Shown piece after piece: positions 45,827-55,789 of a DNA stretch of 64,000 bases. The notes beneath the pieces were generated by a model. It saw only the letters and a program-made list of their open reading frames with translations. It had not been told where the DNA came from and did no database searches. Positions within the stretch are counted from its first letter, which is position 1; each line of letters opens with the position of its first letter. Origin of the DNA: an uncultured Phycisphaerales bacterium. GTDB taxonomy: Bacteria > Planctomycetota > Phycisphaerae > Phycisphaerales > SM1A02. The translations under genes and the position numbers were made by a program. Where the stretch lies: the NCBI GenBank assembly GCA_938084645.1, contig CALKEP010000004.1:48457-112456 (forward strand), written 5' to 3'.

Positions 45827-47605
45827 ATGAGCGAACGCGCCCACTGGGGAAGCAGGACCGGATTCATCCTCGCCGCCGCGGGCTCCGCGGTCGGGCTGGG
45901 GAACATCTGGAAGTTCCCCTACATCACCGGGACCAACGGCGGCGGCTGGTTCGTCCTCATCTATCTCGCGTGCATCGTCCTGGTGGGTCTGCCGATCCTC
46001 GTCGCGGAGATCATGATCGGCCGTGCCGCCCAGGCCCAGCCGGTGGTCGCCTTCGAACGCCTGAAGGGGCGTGCGTCCGGCTGGTCGGTGATCGGTTGGA
46101 TGGGCATCGTCGCATCCTTCCTCATCCTGAGCTTCTACATCGTGGTGGCCGGGTGGTCGATGGACTACACCGTCAAGCACCTCGTCGACTTCGGCAAGCC
46201 CATCCGCGAACAGGCGGTCGCCGAGAGCATGGCGTACGAAGCCGTCGCGAGCACCGAGGCGATGCGGGCCGATCTCGTGGACGCCCGCGCCTCCCGGATC
46301 GCGGACCGACGGATCGACGTGCTGGAAGCCCGCGTCTCGCCGGGAACCCTCGCGCTCCACGCGGAATTCGTCGCCGCGATGTCGGGCACCGAGGATTCCG
46401 GCGTCTCCGCGGATGTTCGTCGCGAACGACTGCGAAGCGATCCCGAGATCCGCGCCGCGGTCGACGCGGTCGAGGCGATGGCCCCGGCGATGGCGGAGGC
46501 TCGTGCATCGGCCATGGTGGAGGCGAAAGCGGAGTTCGCCGGCCTCACCGACGAGGAGATCCGTCACCGGGCGACCGAACAGCGACGCCGGAACCTGATC
46601 GGCGACCGGATGGGCGAACGATTCGGTGCGCTCGCGACCGATGGCTGGACGGGCACGTTCTGGGCCGCGGTGTTCATGTTCGTGACCATGACGATCGTCG
46701 CCGCCGGCGTCGGACGTGGCATCGAGGCCGCCTGTCGGGTGCTGATGCCGCTGCTCATCGTGATGATCATCGGGATGGTGCTGTTCGCCGCGACGCTTCC
46801 CGGGTTCTCGGAGGGCCTGTCCTTCGTCTTCAAGCCCGACGCCTCGGCCCTCAAGCCGTCCGGCGTGCTCGAAGCGCTGGGCCACGCGTTCTTCACGCTG
46901 TCCCTCGGCATGGGCGCCCTGATCACCTACGGCTCGTACCAGAAGCGCGGCACGCCGCTCTTCGGGCAGGCGGCATGGATCGCGGGACTCGACACCGGCA
47001 TCGCCCTGCTCGCGTGCATGATGATGTTCCCGATCGTGTTCAGCTTCGGGCAGGACCCCGCCGCCGGACCGGGTCTGGTCTTCATCTCGATGCCGCTCGC
47101 CTTCGCGGAGATGGGGTCCGGGGGCATCCTTCTCGGCGCCGTGTTCTTCTTCCTGCTCTCGATCGCCGCCCTGACCAGCGCCATCTCGCTGCTGGAAGTC
47201 GCGGCGAGCTACTTCATCGACCGCTGGAACTGGTCGCGCCCGAAGGCCGCGATCATCATCGGCTCGACGATCTTCGCGGTCGGCGTGCTGGTCGCCTTCA
47301 GCATGTCGGAGGGCTTCCTCCTCGCGTCGTGGACCGCGGGCTTCGGCATGAGCCTCTTCGACACCTTCGACTTCATCGCGAGCAACTGGCTGCTCCCCGC
47401 GGGCGGCCTCCTGATCGCGATCTACGCCGGCTGGTTCCTGCCCGCCAAGGTCCGGAACAGCGAACTCGCCGGCCACGGTTCGGCGATGATCCTCGGCTGG
47501 CTGTTCCTGCTCCGCTTCGTCGCCCCCGGCATGGTCCTGCTCGTGCTCGCCCAGAAGATCGGGCTGTACGACGCCAACGAACTGCTTCACTCGATCTGGA
47601 ACTGA
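45827..47605 (+). CDS. Neurotransmitter:sodium symporter (NSS/SNF) family transporter with a large loop insertion
   Basis: RAHWGSR, GSAVGLGNIWKFPY, AFFTLSLGMG, GPGLVF, AALTSAISLLE. Confidence 0.95.
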   Translation: MSERAHWGSRTGFILAAAGSAVGLGNIWKFPYITGTNGGGWFVLIYLACIVLVGLPILVAEIMIGRAAQAQPVVAFERLKGRASGWSVIGWMGIVASFLILSFYIVVAGWSMDYTVKHLVDFGKPIREQAVAESMAYEAVASTEAMRADLVDARASRIADRRIDVLEARVSPGTLALHAEFVAAMSGTEDSGVSADVRRERLRSDPEIRAAVDAVEAMAPAMAEARASAMVEAKAEFAGLTDEEIRHRATEQRRRNLIGDRMGERFGALATDGWTGTFWAAVFMFVTMTIVAAGVGRGIEAACRVLMPLLIVMIIGMVLFAATLPGFSEGLSFVFKPDASALKPSGVLEALGHAFFTLSLGMGALITYGSYQKRGTPLFGQAAWIAGLDTGIALLACMMMFPIVFSFGQDPAAGPGLVFISMPLAFAEMGSGGILLGAVFFFLLSIAALTSAISLLEVAASYFIDRWNWSRPKAAIIIGSTIFAVGVLVAFSMSEGFLLASWTAGFGMSLFDTFDFIASNWLLPAGGLLIAIYAGWFLPAKVRNSELAGHGSAMILGWLFLLRFVAPGMVLLVLAQKIGLYDANELLHSIWN

Positions 47606-47644
47606 TCCCCACCCGCCGCTCCCCGCGGCCCGGAGTCTCCCTGC

Positions 47645-49441
47645 ATGCAACCCTTTCTCGACGGCATGAACGAGTTCATCGGCGCGATCAACGGCGTCAT
47701 CTGGGCCGACTGGGTCCTCTACGTCGTGCTCGGCGTCGGCGTGCTCTTCACGCTGTGGTCCGGTTTCTGCCAGTACCGGGCGCTGGTGCACGGCACCGCG
47801 GTGACCGCGGGCAAGTTCGACGACAAGGACGATCCGGGTGCGATCAACCACTTCCAGGCCCTGTCCGCGGCGCTGTCCGCGACGGTCGGGCTCGGCAACA
47901 TCGGCGGCGTCGCGGTCGCCATCGCCCTCGGTGGACCGGGTGCGGTCTTCTGGATGTGGATGGTCGGCCTGGCCGGCATGGCCCTCAAGACCACCTCGGT
48001 CACCCTGTCGATGCTCTATCGGGACGTGAGCGACCCGGACAACCCCAAGGGTGGTCCGATGTACGTCGCGAAGCGGGCCTTCGCGGACTGGGGCCTCGCG
48101 CCGCTCGGCATGGCCGTCGGCGTCATCTTCTGCATCACCCTGCTGATCTCGGCGATCACCGGCGGAAACATGTTCCAGGCCTGGAACGTCGGTATCCAGA
48201 CCGAAGAGGCCCTCGGGATTCCGGCGATCGGGGTGGGGATCATCCTCGCCATCGTGGTCGGTGCGGTGATCATCGGCGGCATCAAGCGGATCGGCCACGT
48301 CGCGGGCATTCTCGTCCCGTTCATGTGCGTGCTCTACCTGCTGGCCGGCGGCATCGTCCTGCTCATGAACATCGGGACGATTCCCTCCATCTTCGGCCTG
48401 ATCATCAAGAGCGCCTTCAACCCGACCGATGCCGCGGGTGCGTTCATCGGCGGCACGGCCGGATACGCGTTCCTCTGGGGCATGAAGCGAGCCCTGTTCT
48501 CGAGCGAAGCCGGACAGGGCTCGTCTCCGATCGCTCACAGCGCGGCGAAGACCAAGGAACCCGTGCGTGAAGCGGTCGTCGCGGGTCTCGAGCCGTTCAT
48601 CGACACGATCATCGTGTGCACCCTGACCGCCCTGGTCATCCTCTCCACCGGCGCCTGGGACCGTGGGGCCACCGGCGAAGCGACGCTCGCTTCGACGCCG
48701 GCGGTCACCCAGTCCGACGCAGGCTGGAACATCGGGGCCTTCGGCGACGCGGATCCGGACGACGACGACGACACGGAGACGTGGTACGTCCCGCTCCCCT
48801 CGAAGCACAAGGCGGCGAAGGCGACCACCGGAAAGGACTGGGGAACCGGCGACACCGTCTTCATGATCGCCGAGACCGACCAGCTCGACGATGACACCGG
48901 TTCCAGACGGGTCCGGGTCTACGGCGAGGTCGACGAACTCGAGAACGGCGGCTTCGTCGCGATCTTCGAGGCCGGCGCCATCCCCGGCGACGCTCCGCCC
49001 ACCTTCATCGACAACGAGATGTACAAGGACTATCCGGGGGCGACGCTCACCGCCCATGCCTTCGACCGGGCGATCCCGGGACTGGGCACCTGGTTGATTC
49101 TCATCGCCTCCTGGCTCTTCGCCATCTCGACCATGATCTCCTGGAGCTACTACGGCGAACAGGGCATGGTCTTCATGCTCGGCAAGGGAAGCGTGCTTCC
49201 GTACAAGCTCTTCTACTGCCTGATGATCATCGTCTCCACGCTCCCGATCATCACCAGCGACAAGGAGCTCGACAACCTCACCGCCCTCGGCACCGGCGTC
49301 ATGCTCTGGGCCAACATCCCCATCATGCTGGTCTTCGGCGGCATCGCGATGAAGGCGTATCACGACTACGGCCGTCGACTCCGATCCGGCGAGTTCCACG
49401 CCCACGGATCCCGTTCCTTCAAGGACATGACCGAGGAATGA
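47645..49441 (+). CDS. Alanine/glycine:cation symporter (AGCS) with a large loop insertion
   Basis: TVGLGNIGGVA, GGPGAVFWMW, GGPMY, FSSEAGQGS, FIDTIIVC, FAISTMISWSYYGE. Confidence 0.95.
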   Translation: MQPFLDGMNEFIGAINGVIWADWVLYVVLGVGVLFTLWSGFCQYRALVHGTAVTAGKFDDKDDPGAINHFQALSAALSATVGLGNIGGVAVAIALGGPGAVFWMWMVGLAGMALKTTSVTLSMLYRDVSDPDNPKGGPMYVAKRAFADWGLAPLGMAVGVIFCITLLISAITGGNMFQAWNVGIQTEEALGIPAIGVGIILAIVVGAVIIGGIKRIGHVAGILVPFMCVLYLLAGGIVLLMNIGTIPSIFGLIIKSAFNPTDAAGAFIGGTAGYAFLWGMKRALFSSEAGQGSSPIAHSAAKTKEPVREAVVAGLEPFIDTIIVCTLTALVILSTGAWDRGATGEATLASTPAVTQSDAGWNIGAFGDADPDDDDDTETWYVPLPSKHKAAKATTGKDWGTGDTVFMIAETDQLDDDTGSRRVRVYGEVDELENGGFVAIFEAGAIPGDAPPTFIDNEMYKDYPGATLTAHAFDRAIPGLGTWLILIASWLFAISTMISWSYYGEQGMVFMLGKGSVLPYKLFYCLMIIVSTLPIITSDKELDNLTALGTGVMLWANIPIMLVFGGIAMKAYHDYGRRLRSGEFHAHGSRSFKDMTEE

Positions 49442-50169
49442 ACGGATCGGATCCGCGTCATGACGACGCGACGCTGGTGACCATCGCCGCCGCGACCGTG
49501 GCCGACGCCGCGGTCGCGGCGTTGCGCGCCGCGGCCGACGAACGGGATCTCGCCCAGGACGTTCGCGGGATCGACAGCCTGCCCGAGCGCGAGATCCAGC
49601 CGGTGCTCGCGACGGGCTTCGAGGTGGCGGGTCTTCATCCGCTTCGCGAAGTGCGATTCCCCCAGCGTGCCGGTGAACCCGTCCGCAGTGTCGGAACCCG
49701 CTGCGATTTCGTGCTTCGCACCATCGACGCCCCGCTCGATCTCGGCGACGACGTCGATGCGGAGGATGACGAACCGGACGAAGGCCCCGGCCTGTTCGCG
49801 GAACTGGATCCGGAACCCGACGCACCTCCGGACGCGATGGATCCCGAATCGGCGTTCTGGCTGGAAGTCAAGACGGGCGCCGCGTGCCGCGACCTCGGGG
49901 ATGCGGGTGATCTCTCGACCCTTCCCAAGCGAACGACCGTCGACCTCGCGCGACTGGCCCATGCCGGGGGGATTCGTCATGCCGCGGTGCTGGTCGTCGC
50001 CTTCGGACCGGACGAGACGACCCTCGCCCATGACGCCCACGCCCTCGATCGCCATGCGGCCGAACAGGGACTTCCCACGCTCGGCGCGATCGTACGCACG
50101 TTTCCCCTCACGGACCGCCACGGCAATGCCGCCGGCCTCGTCGCGTTGATCCCCGTCGGCCGGGCCTGA
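49438..50169 (+). CDS. Hypothetical protein with a PD-(D/E)XK-like motif
   Basis: EREIQ...REVRFP...RCDFVL...WLEVK; ATGA overlap with the AGCS gene. Confidence 0.6.
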   Translation: MNGSDPRHDDATLVTIAAATVADAAVAALRAAADERDLAQDVRGIDSLPEREIQPVLATGFEVAGLHPLREVRFPQRAGEPVRSVGTRCDFVLRTIDAPLDLGDDVDAEDDEPDEGPGLFAELDPEPDAPPDAMDPESAFWLEVKTGAACRDLGDAGDLSTLPKRTTVDLARLAHAGGIRHAAVLVVAFGPDETTLAHDAHALDRHAAEQGLPTLGAIVRTFPLTDRHGNAAGLVALIPVGRA

Positions 50170-50174
50170 GCGGC

Positions 50175-51350
50175 TCAAGTCCGCGAGTCGAGCCTGTCGA
50201 GCATCACCGCCGCCGCTTCGGTCGCCGGATCGTGTCCGTCGAACATCGCCCGGACCCGTTCGAGACGACCCCGCATCGCGGCCAGCGCCGCGGGGTCGTC
50301 GAGCAGCGGCAGCGCCGCCTCGATGATCGGCTTCGCCCCGAGGGACTGGACGTAGGGCACGAACTCCGGCACCACCTCCTCCCCCGCCACGATGTTCGGC
50401 AGGAGCTTGAAGGGAATCCGGAGCATGGTGCCCGACACCAGGGTCTGCCACCGCGGGATGGCGTAGCTGCCGATCATCGGACACGCCTGCTTCGTCAGGT
50501 CGAGACTCACCGTGCCACTGGTCGCGAGGGCGAGGTCCGCCCACGAGATCGCCGCGTCGAGCACGTCGAGCTTCACGACCAGGCCCGCCGGAAGCGGGTC
50601 GACCAGCTCACGGACCTGCGCCGCGATTCGGTCGTTCGCGGCGAGGACCACGGCCGTCGCCGCCGGATGTCGTTCCCGGATCGCGGCGAACGCCGCGAAC
50701 TGGTGCCGGAGGTTCCCCTTGATCTCGCCGCTCCGGCTCCCCGGCAGGATGAGGATCCTCGGACCCCCCGAGGGAAGATCGCGTCGTTCCGCCTCGAGGG
50801 CGGACTCGTCGAGCGGGCGGGCCAGCACCGGGTGACCGATGAAGGTCGCGTCCACGTCGTGCCGTGCGAACCACTCCGGCTCGAACGGCAGGTTGCAGAG
50901 CACGTGGTCGCTCCATCGCTGGAGCTTGCGTACCCGCCAGTGCCCCCAGGCCCAGACCTTCGGCGCGATCAGGTGGACCGTCGTCGCCCCTCGTTTCCGA
51001 AGCCGCTTGCAGATCGGGAAGTTGGCCGAGGGGCTGTCGACCGGCACGTGCAGATCGACGGGGTTCTCGCCCGCCCAGCGGTCGATGCGATCGATGGTCC
51101 GTTTCATCTCGAAGACCTTGAGGAATCCCCCGAGCCCCATCACCCCGTCCTCGCTCGTCCGTTCCACGATCTCGGCCCCGGCCGCCTCCATCCGCGGGCC
51201 GCCCCACGCCACCACCCGCAGCGTCGGGTCCCGGTCCAGGAGGGACCTGACCACCGGCGCGGCCTGAATGTCCGCGCTCGGCTCGAAGGCGGTCATCAGG
51301 ATCGTCCGCCTCGACGTCGACGAATGGGGATTCCCGGGCGACTGGGTCAT
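50175..51350 (-). CDS. lpxB: Lipid-A-disaccharide synthase
   Basis: FEPSAD, GGPRM, VDSPSANF, APKVWAWG, LPFE, FIGHP, LPGSRSGE, SGTVSL, LPNIVAG. Confidence 0.92.
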   Translation of the reverse strand: MTQSPGNPHSSTSRRTILMTAFEPSADIQAAPVVRSLLDRDPTLRVVAWGGPRMEAAGAEIVERTSEDGVMGLGGFLKVFEMKRTIDRIDRWAGENPVDLHVPVDSPSANFPICKRLRKRGATTVHLIAPKVWAWGHWRVRKLQRWSDHVLCNLPFEPEWFARHDVDATFIGHPVLARPLDESALEAERRDLPSGGPRILILPGSRSGEIKGNLRHQFAAFAAIRERHPAATAVVLAANDRIAAQVRELVDPLPAGLVVKLDVLDAAISWADLALATSGTVSLDLTKQACPMIGSYAIPRWQTLVSGTMLRIPFKLLPNIVAGEEVVPEFVPYVQSLGAKPIIEAALPLLDDPAALAAMRGRLERVRAMFDGHDPATEAAAVMLDRLDSRT

Positions 51351-51457
51351 CCGGCGCAGGATACCGGGATCCGCGATTCCTCCGCCGTCGGCCACGGCGG
51401 TTCGGTACCATCCCGGATTCTCCGCATTCCCCGGTACCGATCGAGGCGACTTCGTCC

Positions 51458-53254
51458 ATGCTCAAGCGCACCCACCACTGCAACGAACTTCGAACCGCCC
51501 ACGAGGGCGAGACCGCCACCCTCGCCGGCTGGGTCAACACCTACCGCGAGCACTCGAAGTCCCTGGTCTTCATCGATCTCCGGGACCGCCACGGACTGAC
51601 TCAGGTGGTCTTCGACCTCGCCGACTCCCCCGCCGACATCGTCGACGTGGCCCAGGGACTTCGCCGCGAGGACGTCATCGCGATTCGCGGTCTGATCCGA
51701 AAGCGTGGCGGCGGGGCGAACCCCAAGCTCGACACCGGCGAGATCGAGGTCGTGGCCACCGAACTCGAGGTGCTCAACAAGGCGGAGACGCCGCCGATCC
51801 TGCCCGACGACCAGGAGGCCGAGAAGATGGGCGAGGAGGTCCGACTCCGGAACCGCTACATCGATCTCCGCCGACCGAAGATGCAGCGCATCCTCGAGAC
51901 CCGCTCCAGGGTCGCGCAGTTCACCCGCGCCTACTTCCACCAGCGCGACTTCCTCGAGATCGAGACGCCGCTGCTCATCAAGTCCACCCCGGAAGGCGCC
52001 CGCGACTTCGTGGTGCCGAGCCGGCTGGAAGCCGGTTCGTGGTACGCGCTGCCGCAGAGTCCGCAGCTCTTCAAGCAGATCCTCATGATCGCCGGCTGCG
52101 ACCGGTACATCCAGATCCCGAAGTGCCTTCGGGACGAGGACCCGCGGGCCGACCGGCAGGCGGAGTTCACCCAGATCGACCTCGAGATGAGCTTCATCGA
52201 CCAGGAGGACGTGCTCGACACCATGGGTGGTTTCGCGACCGAACTCTGGAAGGAGACGCTGGGCGTCGACATCGGCGAGATCCCGCGGATGACCTGGCAC
52301 GAGGCGATGGAGACCTACGGCATCGACCGACCGGACCTCCGCTTCGGGCTCGAGATCTCCGACATCAGCGACCTCGCGGCGAAGACCGACTTCAAGGTCT
52401 TCACCGGCGCGATGGAGAAGACCAGCCCGATGGGTTCCGGCGTGGTCAAGGCGTTCCGGGTCCCCGGCGGCGTCGAGAAGCTCACCCGCAAGATGACCGA
52501 CGGATACTCCGAATGGGTGAAGACCTTCGGGGCCGGCGGCGTGCCGACCACCAAGTGCACCGGCGACGGCTTCGAGTCGGGCGTCGGCCGCTTCGTCGAG
52601 CCGATCGCCGCGGAGCTCATCGAACGACTCGGCTGCGAGAAGGGCGACACCGTCTTCTTCGCCGCGGACACCTGGGAGGTCGCGACCCGCGCCATCGGTG
52701 AACTCCGGATCCGGATCGCCCGTGATCTCGACCTGATCGACCACGACGCCTGGAGATTCGTCTGGGTGGTGGACTTTCCGATGTTCGAACTCGACGAGGA
52801 ATCGAACCGCTGGGTCGCCCTCCACCATCCCTTCACCGCGCCCAAGCCCGGGCAGGAGGGCCTGCTCGAGACCGACCCCGGCAAGTGCATCAGCGCCGGC
52901 TACGACCTCGTGGTGAACGGCAGCGAGATCGGCGGCGGTTCGATCAGAATCCACCGACCCGACGTCCAGCAGAAGGTCTTCGACCTGATCGGCCTGAGCC
53001 CCGACGAGGCGGAGGCGAAGTTCGGCTTCCTGCTGCGGGCCCTGAAGCACGGCGCTCCGCCGCACGGCGGCATCGCCTTCGGACTCGATCGGCTCGTGAT
53101 GCACATCGTCGGCACCGACAACATCCGCGACGTCATCGCGTTCCCGAAGACGCAGTCGGGGGGCGATCTCATGATCGACGCACCGTCCGCGATCGACGAC
53201 GCCCAGCTCGTCGAGCTCAACGTCCGCTCGACGGTTCCGGCGCCGACGGCCTGA
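51458..53254 (+). CDS. aspS: Aspartate--tRNA ligase (possibly non-discriminating)
   Basis: RTHHC, FIDLRD, STPEGARDF, LPQSPQLFKQ, RDEDPRADRQAEFTQID, PPHGGIAFGLDR. Confidence 0.98.
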   Translation: MLKRTHHCNELRTAHEGETATLAGWVNTYREHSKSLVFIDLRDRHGLTQVVFDLADSPADIVDVAQGLRREDVIAIRGLIRKRGGGANPKLDTGEIEVVATELEVLNKAETPPILPDDQEAEKMGEEVRLRNRYIDLRRPKMQRILETRSRVAQFTRAYFHQRDFLEIETPLLIKSTPEGARDFVVPSRLEAGSWYALPQSPQLFKQILMIAGCDRYIQIPKCLRDEDPRADRQAEFTQIDLEMSFIDQEDVLDTMGGFATELWKETLGVDIGEIPRMTWHEAMETYGIDRPDLRFGLEISDISDLAAKTDFKVFTGAMEKTSPMGSGVVKAFRVPGGVEKLTRKMTDGYSEWVKTFGAGGVPTTKCTGDGFESGVGRFVEPIAAELIERLGCEKGDTVFFAADTWEVATRAIGELRIRIARDLDLIDHDAWRFVWVVDFPMFELDEESNRWVALHHPFTAPKPGQEGLLETDPGKCISAGYDLVVNGSEIGGGSIRIHRPDVQQKVFDLIGLSPDEAEAKFGFLLRALKHGAPPHGGIAFGLDRLVMHIVGTDNIRDVIAFPKTQSGGDLMIDAPSAIDDAQLVELNVRSTVPAPTA

Positions 53255-53287
53255 GCCGATCGATCACCGTCCGGCCGCGAGGTCCGA

Positions 53288-54625
53288 TCACGCCGGCAGC
53301 GGTGGCGGGTCGTCGTCGTCGGGCGCGAGTCTGGTGATGATCCGGGCTCCGACCGCGTCGCCCCAGACGTTCACCGTGGTGCGGCACATGTCGAGGATCC
53401 GGTCGACGCCGATGATCACGCCGATCGCCTCCAGCGGCAACGGCTGGATGCCGCGGCCCGCGAGGCTGGTGTTCACCGCCGTGACCACGATGACCATGGT
53501 CACCAGGCCCGCACTGGGAATGCCCGCGGCCCCCACCGCGGCGAGGGTCGCGGTGACCACCACGATCACCAGCTCCCCGACACCGAGCTCGATGCCCCAG
53601 AGCTGGAACATGAACACCACCGCGACCGCTTCGTAGAGGGCGGTCCCGTCCATGTTCACCGTCGCCCCCAGCGGCAGCACGAAGTTCGAGCTCCGCTTGC
53701 TGCATCCACCCTCGTCGATCGCGGTCTCGATGGTGACCGGAAGCGTGGCGGAACTGGAGTCGGTGCCGAACGCGGTCAGCAGCGCCTTCCGCATCTTGAA
53801 GAAGAACGCGTAGGGATTCGTGCGGGTGAAGATCATCAGGACCAGCGGCAGCGTGACGAAGGCATGGAGGGCCAGGCCCGCGAGCACCGTCAGCATGTAG
53901 GCCCCGAGCGGGCCGGCGATCGAGCCGAGTCCGATCTTCGCCACCGTGCCGGTCACCAGCATGAACACCCCGATCGGGGTGAGCCAGAGGATCCAGAGCA
54001 CCAGCCGCATCACCCCGTCGAACAACGACTGGAAGACCGCGATCGCCGGGGCCCCCGCGGTCCCGCTCGCGGCGAGGGCGAGGCCGAGCAGCAGTGCGAA
54101 GACGATCACGCCCAGCGTGCGGCCGCCCGCGAGTTCCGCGAAGAAGTTCGTGGGGATGATCTGTTCGAGGATGTTCATCCACGCGCCCGCGAGCCCCTTC
54201 TCGTTCGCGGTGCCCATCGCGTTCCGCAGGCCGCTGTTGGTCTCGTACGCGGCGGCGCCGTCGTTCTGGAGGCTGGCGACCGCCTCCTCGGAGAGACCGA
54301 CCCCGGGCGAGATCGCGGTGACCAGCACCGCACCGAGAATGACCGCGGCGAGCATCGTGGAGAAGTAGTAGAGGAGCGTGCTGCCCCCGATCACCCCGAG
54401 CCGCGACGGATCACCGATCGAGGTCACCCCCACCACCACCGAGAGGAAGACCAGCGGCAGGACCAGCAGCATCAGCGGACGGACGAGAATCAGCTTGCCG
54501 ACGTCCATCCACTGGTTGCCGACCGCGGTCGGATCCGAGGCGGCACCGTGGAGCCACTGCCCGAGAATCACCCCGGCGACGAGGCCGACCAGGATGAACG
54601 TGGTGATGAGTTTGTCTCTGCGCAT
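53288..54625 (-). CDS. Dicarboxylate/amino acid:cation symporter (DAACS, GltP-like)
   Basis: AFGTDSSSATLP, LPLGATVNMDGTALY, GAAGIP, GVDRILDMCRTTVNVWGD. Confidence 0.95.
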   Translation of the reverse strand: MRRDKLITTFILVGLVAGVILGQWLHGAASDPTAVGNQWMDVGKLILVRPLMLLVLPLVFLSVVVGVTSIGDPSRLGVIGGSTLLYYFSTMLAAVILGAVLVTAISPGVGLSEEAVASLQNDGAAAYETNSGLRNAMGTANEKGLAGAWMNILEQIIPTNFFAELAGGRTLGVIVFALLLGLALAASGTAGAPAIAVFQSLFDGVMRLVLWILWLTPIGVFMLVTGTVAKIGLGSIAGPLGAYMLTVLAGLALHAFVTLPLVLMIFTRTNPYAFFFKMRKALLTAFGTDSSSATLPVTIETAIDEGGCSKRSSNFVLPLGATVNMDGTALYEAVAVVFMFQLWGIELGVGELVIVVVTATLAAVGAAGIPSAGLVTMVIVVTAVNTSLAGRGIQPLPLEAIGVIIGVDRILDMCRTTVNVWGDAVGARIITRLAPDDDDPPPLPA

Positions 54626-54685
54626 GCGGAGAGGGTACGGAAATCACGGCGACCGCGGGGCGTTTCCGTGATCAACGGTCCGCGA

Positions 54686-55672
54686 TCAGTGTCCGGCGAG
54701 CCATCGTTCCGCGTCGATCGCGGCTCGACATCCCATGCCGGCCGCCGTGATCGCCTGCCGGTACACGTGATCCGCGACGTCGCCCGCCGCGAAGACCCCC
54801 TCGAGGTTCGTCGCGCTGGATCCGCCGTCCGGAAGGGCGACGTATCCGCTCTCGTCGAAGGCGATGCCGCTCTCCTCGAGAAAGGCGGTGGCGGGCGAGT
54901 GGCCGATCGCCACGAACAGCCCGCTCACCGGCAGTTCGCTCCGGTCGCCGGTGACGGTGTCCTCGAGCACGAGGCCGGTGATGAAGTCGTCCCCCAGCAC
55001 GTCGACGACCTGGCTGTTCCAGTGCATCTGCACGTTGTCCGCGGAGAGCACCCGCTCCTGCATCGTCTTCGAGGCCCGGAGGGCGTCGCGGCGATGGATG
55101 ATGTGGACGGTCGAGGCGAACTTCGTGAGGTACGCGGCCTCCTCCATCGCGGTGTCCCCACCGCCGACGACCGCCAGGGGCTTGTCGCGAAACACGGGAA
55201 GCGCGCCGTCGCAGACCGCACAGGCCGAGACGCCGCCGCCGTTGGTCGCGAGTCGCAGCTCGTTGTCGAGCCCGATCCAGTTCGCGGTCGCACCGGTGGC
55301 GATGATCACCGACTTCGTCCGGACGATGTCGCCGTTGGACAGGTGGAGTTCCATCGGCGATTCGCCGAAACCGCACTTCTCCACGTCGGCGCCGAGCACC
55401 CGCGTCCCGAAGCGTTCGGCCTGCTTCTGGAACATCATCATCATTTCGGGACCGGTCACGCCGTCGGGAAAGCCGGGGTAGTTCTCGACCTCGGTGGTCA
55501 GCATCAGCTGTCCGCCCGGCAGCACCGGCGCCGGGTTCTGCTTCGGCACCCCCACGATGCACAGCGGTTCGAGATTCGCCCGCGCGGCGTAGATCGCCGC
55601 GGTCCATCCCGCCGGCCCGGATCCGATGATCACGACGTCCTCGATCCGTCCATCCGCGTTCTGGTCACTCAT
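54686..55672 (-). CDS. trxB: Thioredoxin-disulfide reductase
   Basis: IIGSGPAG, GGQLMLTTEVENYPGF, SACAVCDG, GGGDTAMEEA, AAGDVAD, RQAITAAG. Confidence 0.97.
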   Translation of the reverse strand: MSDQNADGRIEDVVIIGSGPAGWTAAIYAARANLEPLCIVGVPKQNPAPVLPGGQLMLTTEVENYPGFPDGVTGPEMMMMFQKQAERFGTRVLGADVEKCGFGESPMELHLSNGDIVRTKSVIIATGATANWIGLDNELRLATNGGGVSACAVCDGALPVFRDKPLAVVGGGDTAMEEAAYLTKFASTVHIIHRRDALRASKTMQERVLSADNVQMHWNSQVVDVLGDDFITGLVLEDTVTGDRSELPVSGLFVAIGHSPATAFLEESGIAFDESGYVALPDGGSSATNLEGVFAAGDVADHVYRQAITAAGMGCRAAIDAERWLAGH

Positions 55673-55789
55673 GCCGTCGTGCTCCGATTCATCCGACCGA
55701 CCTGACGTTCAGGCCGGTCGTTCATGCCTGCAGTCGATGCGGGTTCGAAAATGATCCGACGACCCGCGACACGCTTCACCCGAGGGTGC

